A DNA stretch of 64,000 bases from assembly GCA_946965045.2 (NCBI GenBank), contig OX337233.1, forward strand, positions 2,604,001-2,668,000, written 5' to 3'. Numbering within the stretch: position 1 is the first letter of the stretch; each line of letters starts with the position of its first letter. The notes below the pieces were generated by a model. That model did not search any database. It saw only the letters and a program-made list of their open reading frames with translations, and was not told where the DNA came from. Source of the stretch: Epithemia pelagica (Eukaryota > Protista > Bacillariophyta). The translations under genes and the position numbers were made by a program. This document shows, one piece after another, positions 32,328-43,496 of the stretch.

Positions 32328-34139
32328 CTATTCAATTCCTAGCTCTTTCTTGAGCTTATCAAATTCCTCGTCGACTTTGATTTCCCGAAGTCTTCTCTTG
32401 TCGTCCGAATAGCTTGTGTATGTTCTTCGATGTGGAGGGACTTGCGATGTTGAGGATTGACTTGGTGATGATTGTGCCGACGACCTCGAACGGCTTGATG
32501 TTGTCGACGAGGAAGGTGGTCGAGTGGATTCCGAAGATGATGACGACGACGAGTAGGATTGCGTTCTACTGTCATTGGTGGTTGTTGATTGACTGGTGGA
32601 TGCTCTCCCGGTTCGTCGTCGAGACGAGGAACCACGACCTCGGCCCCGTCCAAAAGATCCAAAACTATCGGATTTCCAAGCATCTTCATCATTCTTGTCA
32701 CCAGCACTGCTGGTACGAGTGCTTGTGTTTGTTTCTGCTCGTGAGCGAGAGGCCCCTGGTTGTTGTTCGGAAGAACTCCGTCGTGAGAAATCATCGTTTG
32801 GGGTTCGTTCCGTGGCATCCTCCCATACGGAGGAACGCGAAGACGAACGAGTACGACTACCACCACCCGCCTTGAAATCATTTTGACCACGGGCAATGAG
32901 ATCTTTGTACCGAGTTCGGAGTGCGAGGAGACGTTTCCGAGCTTTCTTCAAGTATTCTTGCACGACCGAGACACGGGCTTGAACAGAAGCCAGCTCTTCT
33001 TGCAAGGACATTTTCTCGTTCAGTCCAGTGGCAAACTTGAGATCTGCCGACAAGGAAATGATATCTTGCTGCAAATTGCTGAGTTTGGTTTTCAGTTGTT
33101 GCTCAACCAATACAGCATCATCCATTTCTTCGCCAATTTGTTCCAAGGTACCGGTTCGCAGCAGCTCTCGTAACTCATCGTCCAGCGACGTGGACGACGA
33201 TGACGAAAATCCAGAGTCGGCAAACCCAGAGACAGTGGAACCCGCTTCATTTTCTAGAAATTCGACAAAATCTCTCAAGACCCCTCCTCCACCCACGACA
33301 CCGGCACCCGCAGCCTTGAACAAATCGGCAAAGATTGCTTCAAAGGAATCACCGTTGGAACTGTAATCTTCTTCGGCATCTCGGTTGCCGTAGTTGGGAA
33401 TATAATCTCTCCAGTCGGTGGAACGACCACCGTTTGAGGACTGTGAAGAAGCTCTCGAATAGGACTGCGATCGTCGATGAGGAGGTGTCCATCCACCCGA
33501 TTTCCTGTACGTCGAGGATTGTGACTTGCTATCCGAAGAGGAAAAGGGACTATTACCCGAGTCCTTCCCCGACAAGGTTTGATAGGCCCAATTGATTTTG
33601 GCAAATCGATCGTTGGCCACCTTCTTTTCGTCGGCAGTGGAATCCTTATTGGTGGTGACATCGGGATGAAATCGAACCGCCATGCGTCGATAGGCTTTTC
33701 GAATTTCTGCGGCGTCGGCAGTCGGGGAGTTTATTTGAAGAACACGAAAGGGGTCGTCTGAATCCAAAAACGAAACATCTTCTGCCACATTCGGGTCGGT
33801 CGACGACGAGGAAGCGAAGAGACCCGACACGAAGGGCCATCGTATCAAACCACGACGGTGTGTCGGAATATCATTCGGTGCTATCGGAGAACAACCATCA
33901 AAACCAGTCCAAATGGCTAGTCTTTTTACATCGACTGGACCGGTGAAAGCCAAATCTCCTCTTGCCACGCAAGATGGGTAAACTGACGTAAAGGCTGCTT
34001 CGGTCGTGACGAAAAATGTGTCGAAGATCCAAAGGGTGGTAGCTGAAGAAACAAGGGTGAAGGCGAACGACAATGCATTCGCCTTTGTTCGGCATCTCGT
34101 CATTCTTTCTTCCATGTTGGAAACGTAGGTCCTTTTCAA
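32328..34139 (-). CDS. DnaJ-domain protein, probably plastid-targeted
   Basis: J-domain PFRVLQI...IRKAYRRMAVRFHPD...FAKINWAYQTLS. Hydrophobic N-terminus ending TEAAF; coiled-coil and Ser-rich C-terminus. Confidence 0.85.
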   Translation of the reverse strand: MKRTYVSNMEERMTRCRTKANALSFAFTLVSSATTLWIFDTFFVTTEAAFTSVYPSCVARGDLAFTGPVDVKRLAIWTGFDGCSPIAPNDIPTHRRGLIRWPFVSGLFASSSSTDPNVAEDVSFLDSDDPFRVLQINSPTADAAEIRKAYRRMAVRFHPDVTTNKDSTADEKKVANDRFAKINWAYQTLSGKDSGNSPFSSSDSKSQSSTYRKSGGWTPPHRRSQSYSRASSQSSNGGRSTDWRDYIPNYGNRDAEEDYSSNGDSFEAIFADLFKAAGAGVVGGGGVLRDFVEFLENEAGSTVSGFADSGFSSSSSTSLDDELRELLRTGTLEQIGEEMDDAVLVEQQLKTKLSNLQQDIISLSADLKFATGLNEKMSLQEELASVQARVSVVQEYLKKARKRLLALRTRYKDLIARGQNDFKAGGGSRTRSSSRSSVWEDATERTPNDDFSRRSSSEQQPGASRSRAETNTSTRTSSAGDKNDEDAWKSDSFGSFGRGRGRGSSSRRRTGRASTSQSTTTNDSRTQSYSSSSSSSESTRPPSSSTTSSRSRSSAQSSPSQSSTSQVPPHRRTYTSYSDDKRRLREIKVDEEFDKLKKELGIE

Positions 34140-34539
34140 TTTTCAAGGTCCTCTTTCTTGTCGTGAAGTTACTTGGAGATCAATGTCAAGAGAGAGAGAG
34201 AGAGATTGCGAAGAAGCGGTGACCGCCGCGTGTTGGCACTTCAGTGGGAATAGTCTATTGTATTCTTCCAGCTGCCGCGCCTACCCGCTAGGGTACGGTC
34301 GACCGACTGCCCTGTGGCGCCAACAGTGGATCGACCTCAGTCGCGGATCGCGACGGGGAAGCTGACGCAGACAAAGAAGTATTGTAGGTAGATCTTCGAA
34401 AATCCTGCATGGCGGGGAAGACGGGGAAGCTAGAAATGATGCGAATGCGTGTTTCCCACGGAGAAGACGTCGAAGCTTGAATAAACATTACATGAGCTTT
34501 GGTAGCCATTTGATTCAAAACCCGGCCTTTCGAAACAAC

Positions 34540-35564
34540 ATGTCAGGATCTGCTATTCAACAGTATGTGACGTACCATGCTTTTCATCAGGAGCTTTATG
34601 AGCTATGAACGATCATGGATTGTCGTCCCAGGATCATGTTACGACGTCGAGACTGTGACGTTTTACTTCATTGTCTGCATTCCCAGGTATCTCAACCCGA
34701 TTCTTCTTAATTGATCTTTCTACAACTTTTTATTCACTACAACATTTTTCACTGGATTTCGTTCTGGAACGTCATTGCTGCCAAAAACACAGCATTGTGG
34801 TGGCCGTTGCCATGGAGGCCGAAGCCAAACCCTTTGTCGAGCATTTGGGTTTGGAAAAAGACGACCAACTATTTGAATCTCATTTGCCCTTCGTGGCCTT
34901 TACGGGCCTCCACAAGGAAGCCAAAGTCACAGTTATTACCAATGGCAAAGATTCTGTCTATAAGACGGGCGTTGACAATGTAGGAACCGTACCGGCTGCA
35001 TTGGCCACCTATTTGGCCTTGCACAAACTGCAAGATCAAGTGGATCTTCTCATCAACGCTGGTACTTCGGGTGGCTTCAAGCGTAAGGGAGCGGCCATTG
35101 GTGATGTCTTTCTGACCAGCGCCGTCTCGCATCACGATCGACGCATTGCCATTCCTGGATTTACCGATTATGGAATTGGCCGTCTGGATTCCAAAAGTAG
35201 CAACGACGACGCCAGTAAGGACTCAGACACTGTGATCAATCCACAAAAGTTGGCGGACCAGTTGCAATACAAGACAGGTGTCGTGTCGACGGGCAACTCC
35301 CTCGACAAGACGGACGAATGCGACAAACACATGTTGGCCAATGACGCTTCCGTTAAGGATATGGAAGCGGCCGCGATTGCGTGGAGTTGTGCCTTGATGC
35401 AAAAACCCTTTTTGGGCGTCAAAGTCGTTACGGACATTGTCGATGGGGATGTCCCGTCACACGAGGAGTTTATGGCCAACTTGGCCGCTGCTTCAAAGTC
35501 CCTTCAAACCGCGCTTCCTCTTGTGTTGGACGCCGTTGTTGGTAAGACATACAGTGACCTATAG
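34540..35564 (+). CDS. MTN: MTA/SAH nucleosidase, copy 1 (no signal peptide); 2 exons (34540-34562, 34793-35564)
   Basis: AMEAEA, GVDNVGTVPA, LINAGTSGG, STGNSLD, KDMEAAAIA, KVVTDIVDG. A GTATGT...CAG intron gives MSGSAIQH|IVVAV; an in-frame ATG at 34492 is an alternative start. Confidence 0.9.
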
Positions 35565-35739
35565 ATATCTACTTCTAATAGACAGTTAAAATATGCTCAT
35601 GGGATATAAAATCGTTCGTCTATTTGGTCTATCGTCGGCATTCGCGAGTCGACCAACCTTCGTCTTGAAAGACGACCGAGGAACGACTCTAAAGCGACCG
35701 ATTCTCATCAGGTGTTTTGATGCAGCAGTTTAATGAGGA

Positions 35740-37383
35740 TTGACCATGAACAAGTACAATGTTCGAGCCATTCGCAAAGATCTTGATGATTGCATTCTAC
35801 ATGCAAAGTGGAAACAGTTTCAATCTAGGTTTCGCATGATCAATCAAGAACTGAAAAAAGCAATCATTGACTACCAACCAAACTCTACTAACAACAGTCG
35901 AAAGCGATCCAACAAACAACCTTCTTCTTCATCATCGTTGTCATCAAATGGAAAATCGCTGGTTCATGCCCTTTGTCGATGCGGACGATTCGAATCGTTG
36001 CCTCCACTGGAAGTCTTTGAGGAAGTGATTCGTGCGTGTCCTCCCCATATTTTGTCGCTTAAACCAACTCCATTGTCTGTTCTGTTGCAGAATGGAAAAG
36101 CGTCGATCGCTGCGGTTCAATGCCTTTTGAAATACGATGTCAATCGACAACAAACATTGTCTTGTATCGATGGTAATGGCGAAACGCCTCTCTTACAAGC
36201 TGTCAAGAAACATGGATCTACGGGTGGAATGGGGGAAGATATCGTGCGCATCTTGGTACAACACGATGCACCCCGATATGAATCCTTGCTCGTCGAATCC
36301 TGTCATTCCAGATGCCGTGTGCCTTTGTACTACATGGCAAATCATGATTGGTGGTTTGTTGAGAATCCGGGTAGATTACCGGAACTCCTGGAATACATTC
36401 TCGTCCGGACGCACAGAGCTTTGGATATACAAACAGGACGGATGCAACCTTTGTTGGAAGGAGACGATCTCGACTGCACGGACACGATTCACGTTTCTGA
36501 TAACAGAAATGATGGGTCACAATGGCAAGACACTTCTCTGGAAACTCGTATTGCAGAGACATTTCATTTGCTGTCTTCTACCATTGCATGCGCTCACCTT
36601 ATGGGCGACAAACACACGGGCAAGATAGTTCGGTATTTGCTCGAAAACACTGATCATAGCCATGACATGCTTTCGTTCCTCGATGGCCAGGGCGAAACAC
36701 TCTTACATCACATTGCTCGTGCAACAAACTTATTTCAAATGCCCATGATAGAGCGTCCTAGTCCTGTAAATGACAAACAAGACGACGACGTCACCATTGG
36801 AGAACCAGTTGGTTTGCTGGAGTATCTATTGACAACAACACCTCATTGTCTTCTCAAGTACAATAAGAGCGGCCAACTTCCGATTCATGTTGCTATAGAA
36901 ATGAGGAAGCCATGGGTATGGTTGCACCATTTGGTTGAGGCTGCACCAAACACTCTAGAGCTACCAACCCAAGGACTGACACCACCAAAGCACGGAGTGG
37001 GACGAGTTGCCCTGCATTTAGCAATCAATCACTACTCTGGTTTGAATGAAAATTCCGAAATAGAATTCATTTGGAAGCGATATCCAGAAGCTGCCGGTGT
37101 GCGCGATCCATATGAACGGCTGTATCCCTTTCAACTTATCGCCAACTCCCGCAATACAAAAGCGCGTGGGGAAAAGTCCACCAAGTCCACGAAAACGGCA
37201 CTGTCCAAGATCAGCAAACCAAAAGCCAAGTCAGATGTGGAGAACGAAACAGAAACCCAGAGCTTTGAGTTGGTCAGTCTTTCTACCTCGTTCCTCTTTC
37301 TACGTGCTTGCCCTCAAGTTCTTGACGATTACTCCAGATGTTGCATTGACCAAAATGAGTCTCTCAACAGAAATTCATCGTAA
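35740..37383 (+). CDS. Ankyrin-repeat-like protein
   Basis: 547-aa ORF with ankyrin-type motifs GETPLLQAV, GETLLHHIA, GQLPIHVAI and GRVALHLAI, plus the PFQLIA tail often seen in diatom ankyrin proteins. Confidence 0.7.
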   Translation: MTMNKYNVRAIRKDLDDCILHAKWKQFQSRFRMINQELKKAIIDYQPNSTNNSRKRSNKQPSSSSSLSSNGKSLVHALCRCGRFESLPPLEVFEEVIRACPPHILSLKPTPLSVLLQNGKASIAAVQCLLKYDVNRQQTLSCIDGNGETPLLQAVKKHGSTGGMGEDIVRILVQHDAPRYESLLVESCHSRCRVPLYYMANHDWWFVENPGRLPELLEYILVRTHRALDIQTGRMQPLLEGDDLDCTDTIHVSDNRNDGSQWQDTSLETRIAETFHLLSSTIACAHLMGDKHTGKIVRYLLENTDHSHDMLSFLDGQGETLLHHIARATNLFQMPMIERPSPVNDKQDDDVTIGEPVGLLEYLLTTTPHCLLKYNKSGQLPIHVAIEMRKPWVWLHHLVEAAPNTLELPTQGLTPPKHGVGRVALHLAINHYSGLNENSEIEFIWKRYPEAAGVRDPYERLYPFQLIANSRNTKARGEKSTKSTKTALSKISKPKAKSDVENETETQSFELVSLSTSFLFLRACPQVLDDYSRCCIDQNESLNRNSS

Positions 37384-38232
37384 CAGCCTGTTGTGTGGGA
37401 TGGAGATCTCAATTTTCGGAGCTCCTTGTAAACTAACAGAACTTTCATGTGGGAACTAACCACAGGCCCGGATACATGCAGATCAAGACCAAGTCATGGC
37501 GCTGCCCCATCTCAAGTTGATGGGATGCTCCCGAGCAGCAAATTGTGGGAAAGAGAATCATGCTGTCACGTGATATCGCGCAAATTCTTGTCATCTTTTC
37601 ATAGAAGAATTGTGTCATCTTGTTGCTGAAAAAGATGTTTCAATGCAATGCTTGTTGCCAGTATATCCATGAAACCTCCTTCGCTCTGTTGGCAAAAATG
37701 ACAAGAGGCGGTTCAGAGAAGTATATCACGAATCCTCTTTGGCGTTGTGAGATGCTGTCAGCTTGGCAGATTCACAGCCTTTAACTTCCCAGGTGCTGTA
37801 TTATGGGCATAGTTTGTCGAGCATGGATATGACGAGAAATTCTACAGTTCTGTTTCACAATTGTCTTGTGGCTCCCGTGCTTAGAGCTCAGATGCAAAAA
37901 GCTTCAATCCTGTCTCGCTTGAAGCTCTCGCTATACTCAAGCTGATGCCTTTGTGAGCCCAGTTTCTCACTTGTCTCGTTGCAACTGACTTGGGTATAGA
38001 GGATAAGGTTGGAGTAGATAGACATTTCGAATGCGCAATTCTTAGATTTTCTGGTGACGAAGATACGCGCACGTGTACGGACACGCGAGGCCAACTACAA
38101 TGCCTAATATTATTAAACTACAAAACACAAGACTAGGTAATGATATTTAACGCTTATTTCCGTTGGATGCAATTCTGTATGGCACCTCATTTTCTCTCAC
38201 CTCGACCTCGACACAGTCGATCATCATTCATC

Positions 38233-39197
38233 ATGGTGGCCCTCAGCGTTCTCCTCCTTGCACTCCTTTCAGTGACAGCACCATCGCAGGCTGCTACCTC
38301 TGTGGACGCCTCTCCCATCCACCAGTAAGTATGATATAAACTTTGGCTAGAGTATGGCGGTCATCAGTAACTGTTTTAAATGTTGTTTCGTCCTCGTTGT
38401 GGTACACTTATCTTATATGTTTCTCCCGATGAACAAACTTGATCAGTGTGTTGGTCGCAATTGCGATGGAGGCAGAAGCCATGCCCTTTGTTGAGCATTT
38501 GGGCCTTGAAAAAGATGACGCGGTGTTTGAATCACACTTGCCCTTCTTGGCGTACACGGGAAATTACAAGGACGGCAAAGTCACCGTGATTACCAATGGC
38601 AAAGATACTGTGTACGACACGGGGGTGGATAATGTGGGAACCGTACCGGCTGCATTGGCGACCTATTTGGCCTTGCACAAACTACAGAACACTGTTGACT
38701 TGTTGATCAATGCCGGTACATCAGGTGGCTTTCAACGCAAAGGTGCTGCGATTGGTGATGTCTTTTTAACCACGGGCGTCACTCATCACGACCGTCGTAT
38801 TCCTATCCCTGGTTTTACGTCCTATGGCATTGGAAAATTGGAGAATGCTTCGTCCGAAACCATTGTCAGCCCTGAAAATTTGGCGCAACAGCTGAACTTT
38901 AAAATGGGAATTGTATCAACTGGCAACTCACTGGACACGACGGAAATATGCGACAAACACATGTTGGCCAATGACGCTTCCATCAAGGATATGGAGGCGG
39001 CCGCGATTGCTTGGAGTTGTGCCTTGATGGAAAAGCCCTTTTTAGGTGTTAAAGTTGTGACAGATGTTGTCGATGGAGACGTACCAACGCAAGAGGAGTT
39101 CCTGGCAAACTTGGCTGCTGCCTCCAAGTCGCTTCAAGAGGCGTTGCCGCTGGTCATTGAAGCTGTCGTGGGAAAAGCATACGCAGATCTTCGATAA
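38233..39197 (+). CDS. MTN: MTA/SAH nucleosidase, copy 2, with an N-terminal signal peptide; 2 exons (38233-38324, 38447-39197)
   Basis: Same catalytic motifs as copy 1. Exon 1 is MVALSVLLLALLSVTAPSQAATSVDASPIH; a GTAAGT...CAG intron falls in the equivalent His codon at the same phase. Confidence 0.88.
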
Positions 39198-39509
39198 GCG
39201 ACAACACATGTACGTGGCATCTGGAATTCGATAGAGAATAAAACAGACAAGGCGCAACCTTCATAAACTTGAATTATGATGGACTATTTTGTGCTTTCAA
39301 CAGTATTGTCTGTCAATTCGTCTTCCTTTTATCAAGCATAGAACATAGTGGTCTCAGAGAGCTGTCCCTACGAGCGACTGAACCAAAGTTAATAGTCACC
39401 ATACGTGCAAGGTTTTTCACAGTCCAGGTACACGTTGCATCATGAAATTCAGTGTATGTATCGAGTTGTTGTCTTTGTGACGAAAACATCACAGCACTCC
39501 AATACTCTA

Positions 39510-40814
39510 CTACAATGGCTCTCTTAACAACGCACGTCGTTCTTGTGGTGTCAATTCATAGGCCACGGTCCAATGTGCGTAGTAGAGAGCTCCAATATCG
39601 TATACGGCATGACAAATCATGGGTATCGCTAGATTTTGGTCCGTCCACAGGTACAAAAAGCCAAAATACAAGGAGGCCAAGGTTGCCAAAAAGGCATAGA
39701 GGGGTGTCACGGCATGCAAGGCTCCAAACAAGACACTGGAAGAAAGAACGGCAATCCAGGCTACATTTCCCACTGCCAAATTGTCCAATGAAGATCCACT
39801 GCCAGCTAGAAACTGTGTTAATTGAGTTTGCAAAAAGCCTCGAAACAACCATTCTTCTCCGACACCTGCCGCAATTCCCAAGGCAATTGCGACAACCAAT
39901 CCAGTGAGAGGCAAGAACTGTGCTCCGAGCAAACTCAAGACACTTCGTTGGGTTGCTTTGGTCACCATTTGTAGGGCTGGCACCGAATCTTCCACCAAAT
40001 CCAGTACAAAGGCCCAAAACGCCAAGGGGACAACAGCGAGTACACCCAACTGCCAGCTATCCATCGTCCACAAGGAAAAGTTTTCTCCCAAACCCAAGAA
40101 GCCAGGAGCCTTGCTCACCCAAATAGTCAAGGCCATGGCTAGAAAGATTACAGTCGACTGTCCACCGACCAGGGCAACCACTGTGTTCCAATCAAACTCC
40201 TCTTCGGAATCAGTGTATGAAGGATCCTCCTTGGAGCTTGAAAACGCAATCAATGGAGACGGATCTTCCACGTCGTTATCAGACCCAGATGCTCTCAGAG
40301 TGCTACGTCCACCAATGGGGCGAGTCACACCAAAGGAGTCGTTCGAGTGGGATGGGCCAAGGTTCATAGGTGAAGAGCTAGGTTGAAAGCGAGCGCCATG
40401 CTTGTTTCCCGAAGGAGCTTGATGATATGGTAGATGTGCTTGTAATGAAAAATACCTCTGTGGTGTCACGGAAGAAGAGAATGTTGATCTCCAAGAGGCG
40501 AGTCTGGTGTTTCTGTCACCGAGGGGAGGCAAGAAAGATGTGGAGAAATGATTGTATGGAGCACATGAATACCAATGGTTTACAGTTGGAGGGAATCCTC
40601 CCAAACTTGCACCGAAACCACAATGAGTTATGCCTTGTCTCGAATAACGAAATGTCATTGGATTCAATGACAAGCCATCCACATGTAGAAGTGGACCACC
40701 ACTGCTGGAATGATGCCAAGCGCCGTCAACCAACAACAGAAACAGGCAGAACGAGCCAGTTCCTGCTTTGGATGCCCCTCTAGGAATCATGGTGACGAGG
40801 ATCAAACGACACAA
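39510..40814 (-). CDS. CPBP/Abi (CAAX protease type II) intramembrane metalloprotease
   Basis: GVGEEWLFRG, SSVLFGALH, ICHAVYD; multiple TM helices; long N-terminal presequence. Confidence 0.88.
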   Translation of the reverse strand: MCRLILVTMIPRGASKAGTGSFCLFLLLVDGAWHHSSSGGPLLHVDGLSLNPMTFRYSRQGITHCGFGASLGGFPPTVNHWYSCAPYNHFSTSFLPPLGDRNTRLASWRSTFSSSVTPQRYFSLQAHLPYHQAPSGNKHGARFQPSSSPMNLGPSHSNDSFGVTRPIGGRSTLRASGSDNDVEDPSPLIAFSSSKEDPSYTDSEEEFDWNTVVALVGGQSTVIFLAMALTIWVSKAPGFLGLGENFSLWTMDSWQLGVLAVVPLAFWAFVLDLVEDSVPALQMVTKATQRSVLSLLGAQFLPLTGLVVAIALGIAAGVGEEWLFRGFLQTQLTQFLAGSGSSLDNLAVGNVAWIAVLSSSVLFGALHAVTPLYAFLATLASLYFGFLYLWTDQNLAIPMICHAVYDIGALYYAHWTVAYELTPQERRALLREPL

Positions 40815-41330
40815 TGGTACTTTTCAAGTCGGGGTCTGGGACAGGATTCTCTGGTGAAAAGACTGTTGAATGGTTAATGTTCCATTCTCTCATTCTCTCA
40901 ATGCAGAATTGGGTTCATTCTGCGTTCGGTTGATGGCTGATGGCTGATGGTGGGGGGGAGCGAAAGATGTGGAAGGAGTCGCGCGTATCACTCTCGAGCG
41001 TGTGCCGGCCGACTCCCCAAACAGCCATGAACGACGGGCGGGATGACGTGTGACCTTCTGCTTGACGTTCCAAGATGCCAATTGACATTGACATGTGGTG
41101 AAGACAAAGCAAGAAGCTATGTGATCATAGAAAAAATCTTTAGGCACACTTTGGCATGAAGAGCAAGATCAATGCCTCGTGTCAAGACAATGAAAGGGAG
41201 GGGGTATCACGATTCTTGTGAGCGAAGCTCTCAGAGTCTCCAAAGACATCTTCCACTCAAGGAGCAAACAACCGCAAGATGTTGCACAGATAGGAGTCTG
41301 TCACGGTGTCATCCTGGATTGTGGTTGGTG

Positions 41331-42152
41331 ATGTGTATGCTGTTGTTGGTCAGCTCAACATCATTCGTGTCCGCCTTTGCTCCACAAAATCCAACATATC
41401 AACAACAATTTCAAAAAAGACTTGGTTCTCCAATCGCAAGATCACAATCTACTTACTTTTTTGCCTCACAAACTGCCCTCCGTGCTTCGGATGAAGGCAA
41501 TGAGGACCTGCCTCTTTCTTCGGATGGAAACAGTGGAGGAAACAACAACGAAAATGGCGGTGCATTCGGTTGGCTCAAGAACTGGTATGATTCGGAAGAG
41601 GGAAAAGAGGATATTAAAACATACTTTATCAGTTTGTTTGTGGCGCTCGCGGTACGATTCACCATTATCGAACCTCGGTTCATTCCCAGCCTTTCCATGT
41701 ATCCAACCTTTGAAGTGGGCGATCAGTTGGCCGTCGAGAAGGTGACCAAAAGACTCAAGCCTTTTTATCGCAATGAAGTTGTTGTATTTCGACCTCCGCA
41801 AGCCTTTAACGACTTTTTGGCCAATGAGTTTGGGCCAGACAATAAGAGCAATCTCAATCGCGAAGCTCTCATTAAGCGGATTGTTGCCATTCCGGGCGAT
41901 GTTGTGGAAATTAATAATGGTAAACTTTTTATCAATGGCGAACAACAAGAAGAGCCCTTTACCAATGAAGATGCCATGTATCAATTTGGACCCGTCACGG
42001 TCCCTCCGGAAACAGTTCTGGTGCTGGGTGACAATCGCAACCATAGTTTGGATGGACATATCTGGGGCTTTTTGCCACAGAAAAATGTGATTGGAAGAGC
42101 TGTCTTTGTCTATTGGCCACCATGGCGAGTCGGAAATTCGGGTATGTACTAA
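41331..42152 (+). CDS. Thylakoidal processing peptidase (signal peptidase I, S26)
   Basis: VSAFAP bipartite motif; PRFIPSLSMYPT, LIKRIVA, LGDNRNHSLDGHIWG. Likely ATG at 41331 (frame open from 41172). Confidence 0.93.
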   Translation: MCMLLLVSSTSFVSAFAPQNPTYQQQFQKRLGSPIARSQSTYFFASQTALRASDEGNEDLPLSSDGNSGGNNNENGGAFGWLKNWYDSEEGKEDIKTYFISLFVALAVRFTIIEPRFIPSLSMYPTFEVGDQLAVEKVTKRLKPFYRNEVVVFRPPQAFNDFLANEFGPDNKSNLNREALIKRIVAIPGDVVEINNGKLFINGEQQEEPFTNEDAMYQFGPVTVPPETVLVLGDNRNHSLDGHIWGFLPQKNVIGRAVFVYWPPWRVGNSGMY

Positions 42153-42773
42153 ATTAGAATTGTTCCTACAAGTAGAACATTGATACAGACTGTAGTAGAC
42201 GGGACTTTTGTTCGGTTTTGCGTACGCGGACACAAAACAGATGCAAGACCTCATTGAATACTCGCATCGACCTTGTGTCAACCTTCTACGTAGGTGCCCA
42301 AAAGTTCCTCCTTTTGAAGAAGAACAGTCTGATATTACCAACTTCAGTCAAAGCAAATCTGTTGCGATAACTCTCCGACCTTCTCGGGGATGAATCTTTC
42401 TTGTAAACACTACGAATAGAAGCCATACATGGTCATTGTCCACATTGATCGAAACTGAGGACAAAAGGAAAAAACCTCCGTTACCAGTATTATACCTCTA
42501 AGAAAGAATGACTCCGCCCCTAAATCTCAAAAGTCGCTGACAAGAAGTGCTCAATCCTACAAAGAGAACGAAAGATATCCTGCTAACACTATAACGATTT
42601 AATAATTGAATTACCACGAGCCACATTTGTTCTTGAGTAATACTACCAGTAGAAAGAATTCGGACAATCAACATCAACGGTCCCCCCAGCGACCATCCTT
42701 CCACCCTCCTGGAGCACATCGAGTTATAACCGCCATTCCTCCTTCGACTGCTCCCATCCCATTCCAAACAGGC

Positions 42774-43496
42774 TCACATAATAGAGCACTTGCAGCCGGA
42801 ATCGGGGATCGCAGCGTAGCTCTTGTACATTTTCTTGTATCCACTCAGGTACATGAGCTGCTTTTCGTTAATGGCCCCTCGGCGCTTGGACTGCAAAAAG
42901 GAGACTGCTTCGACAGGGTCCATTCCGGCAAATTCCACAAGGGCAATCGCCACCATGACCGGGGCTCGGCCCAGGCCAGCCACACAATGAACCGCAATGC
43001 AGGGTCCATTGTTGGAGAGTGGACAGGAGGAGCGGCCCGAAAAGAACGTTTCCTCCACAAGCTTGAGCCAGGAATAAATAAGTTCTTTCTCCGGAGACGT
43101 GCCATCCTTGTATTCCATCTCGTGCAAGTTAATACCTGCCGCGGAGAATTCGGAACCGTACATGTAGGTAGGCTCACAGACGCGCACGACTTCCGAGACA
43201 TTATGTTTCTTCATTTCTTGAATATAAAAGGGTAAACTGGATTGAGTGGGAGCATCCATGATCAAAAATCTCATGGGGAACTTCTCCACTAGCGTCGGCT
43301 TGGTGCCAATGGTTTGCTTGAGGCCCGGAGGAGTCGCGGACTTGGCGAGACTCGTACCGCGGTGAAAACTTCCATTGTCAATCATGGGGGCCCCGTTCGT
43401 GCTGCGCGAGGAAGCACTAGCCACCCGCGTAATGCTGTTGCGGCTATTGTTCCTCACCAGGGGTTGTTCTTGACGGAGAGCTGAATTGTAGGTCAT
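42774..43496 (-). CDS. PRL: PRL/PTP4A-type prenylated protein tyrosine phosphatase
   Basis: FLIMDAP, VVRVCEPTY, HCVAGLGRAP; C-terminal CaaX box CSIM. Confidence 0.92.
   Translation of the reverse strand: MTYNSALRQEQPLVRNNSRNSITRVASASSRSTNGAPMIDNGSFHRGTSLAKSATPPGLKQTIGTKPTLVEKFPMRFLIMDAPTQSSLPFYIQEMKKHNVSEVVRVCEPTYMYGSEFSAAGINLHEMEYKDGTSPEKELIYSWLKLVEETFFSGRSSCPLSNNGPCIAVHCVAGLGRAPVMVAIALVEFAGMDPVEAVSFLQSKRRGAINEKQLMYLSGYKKMYKSYAAIPDSGCKCSIM

Noticed and set aside
41466-42341. 291-aa minus-strand ORF; also 51398-52162 (254 aa) and the many short ORFs over low-complexity genes
   Set aside because: Antisense or alternative-frame shadows of the signal peptidase, trypsin and repeat-rich genes, with no motifs of their own.
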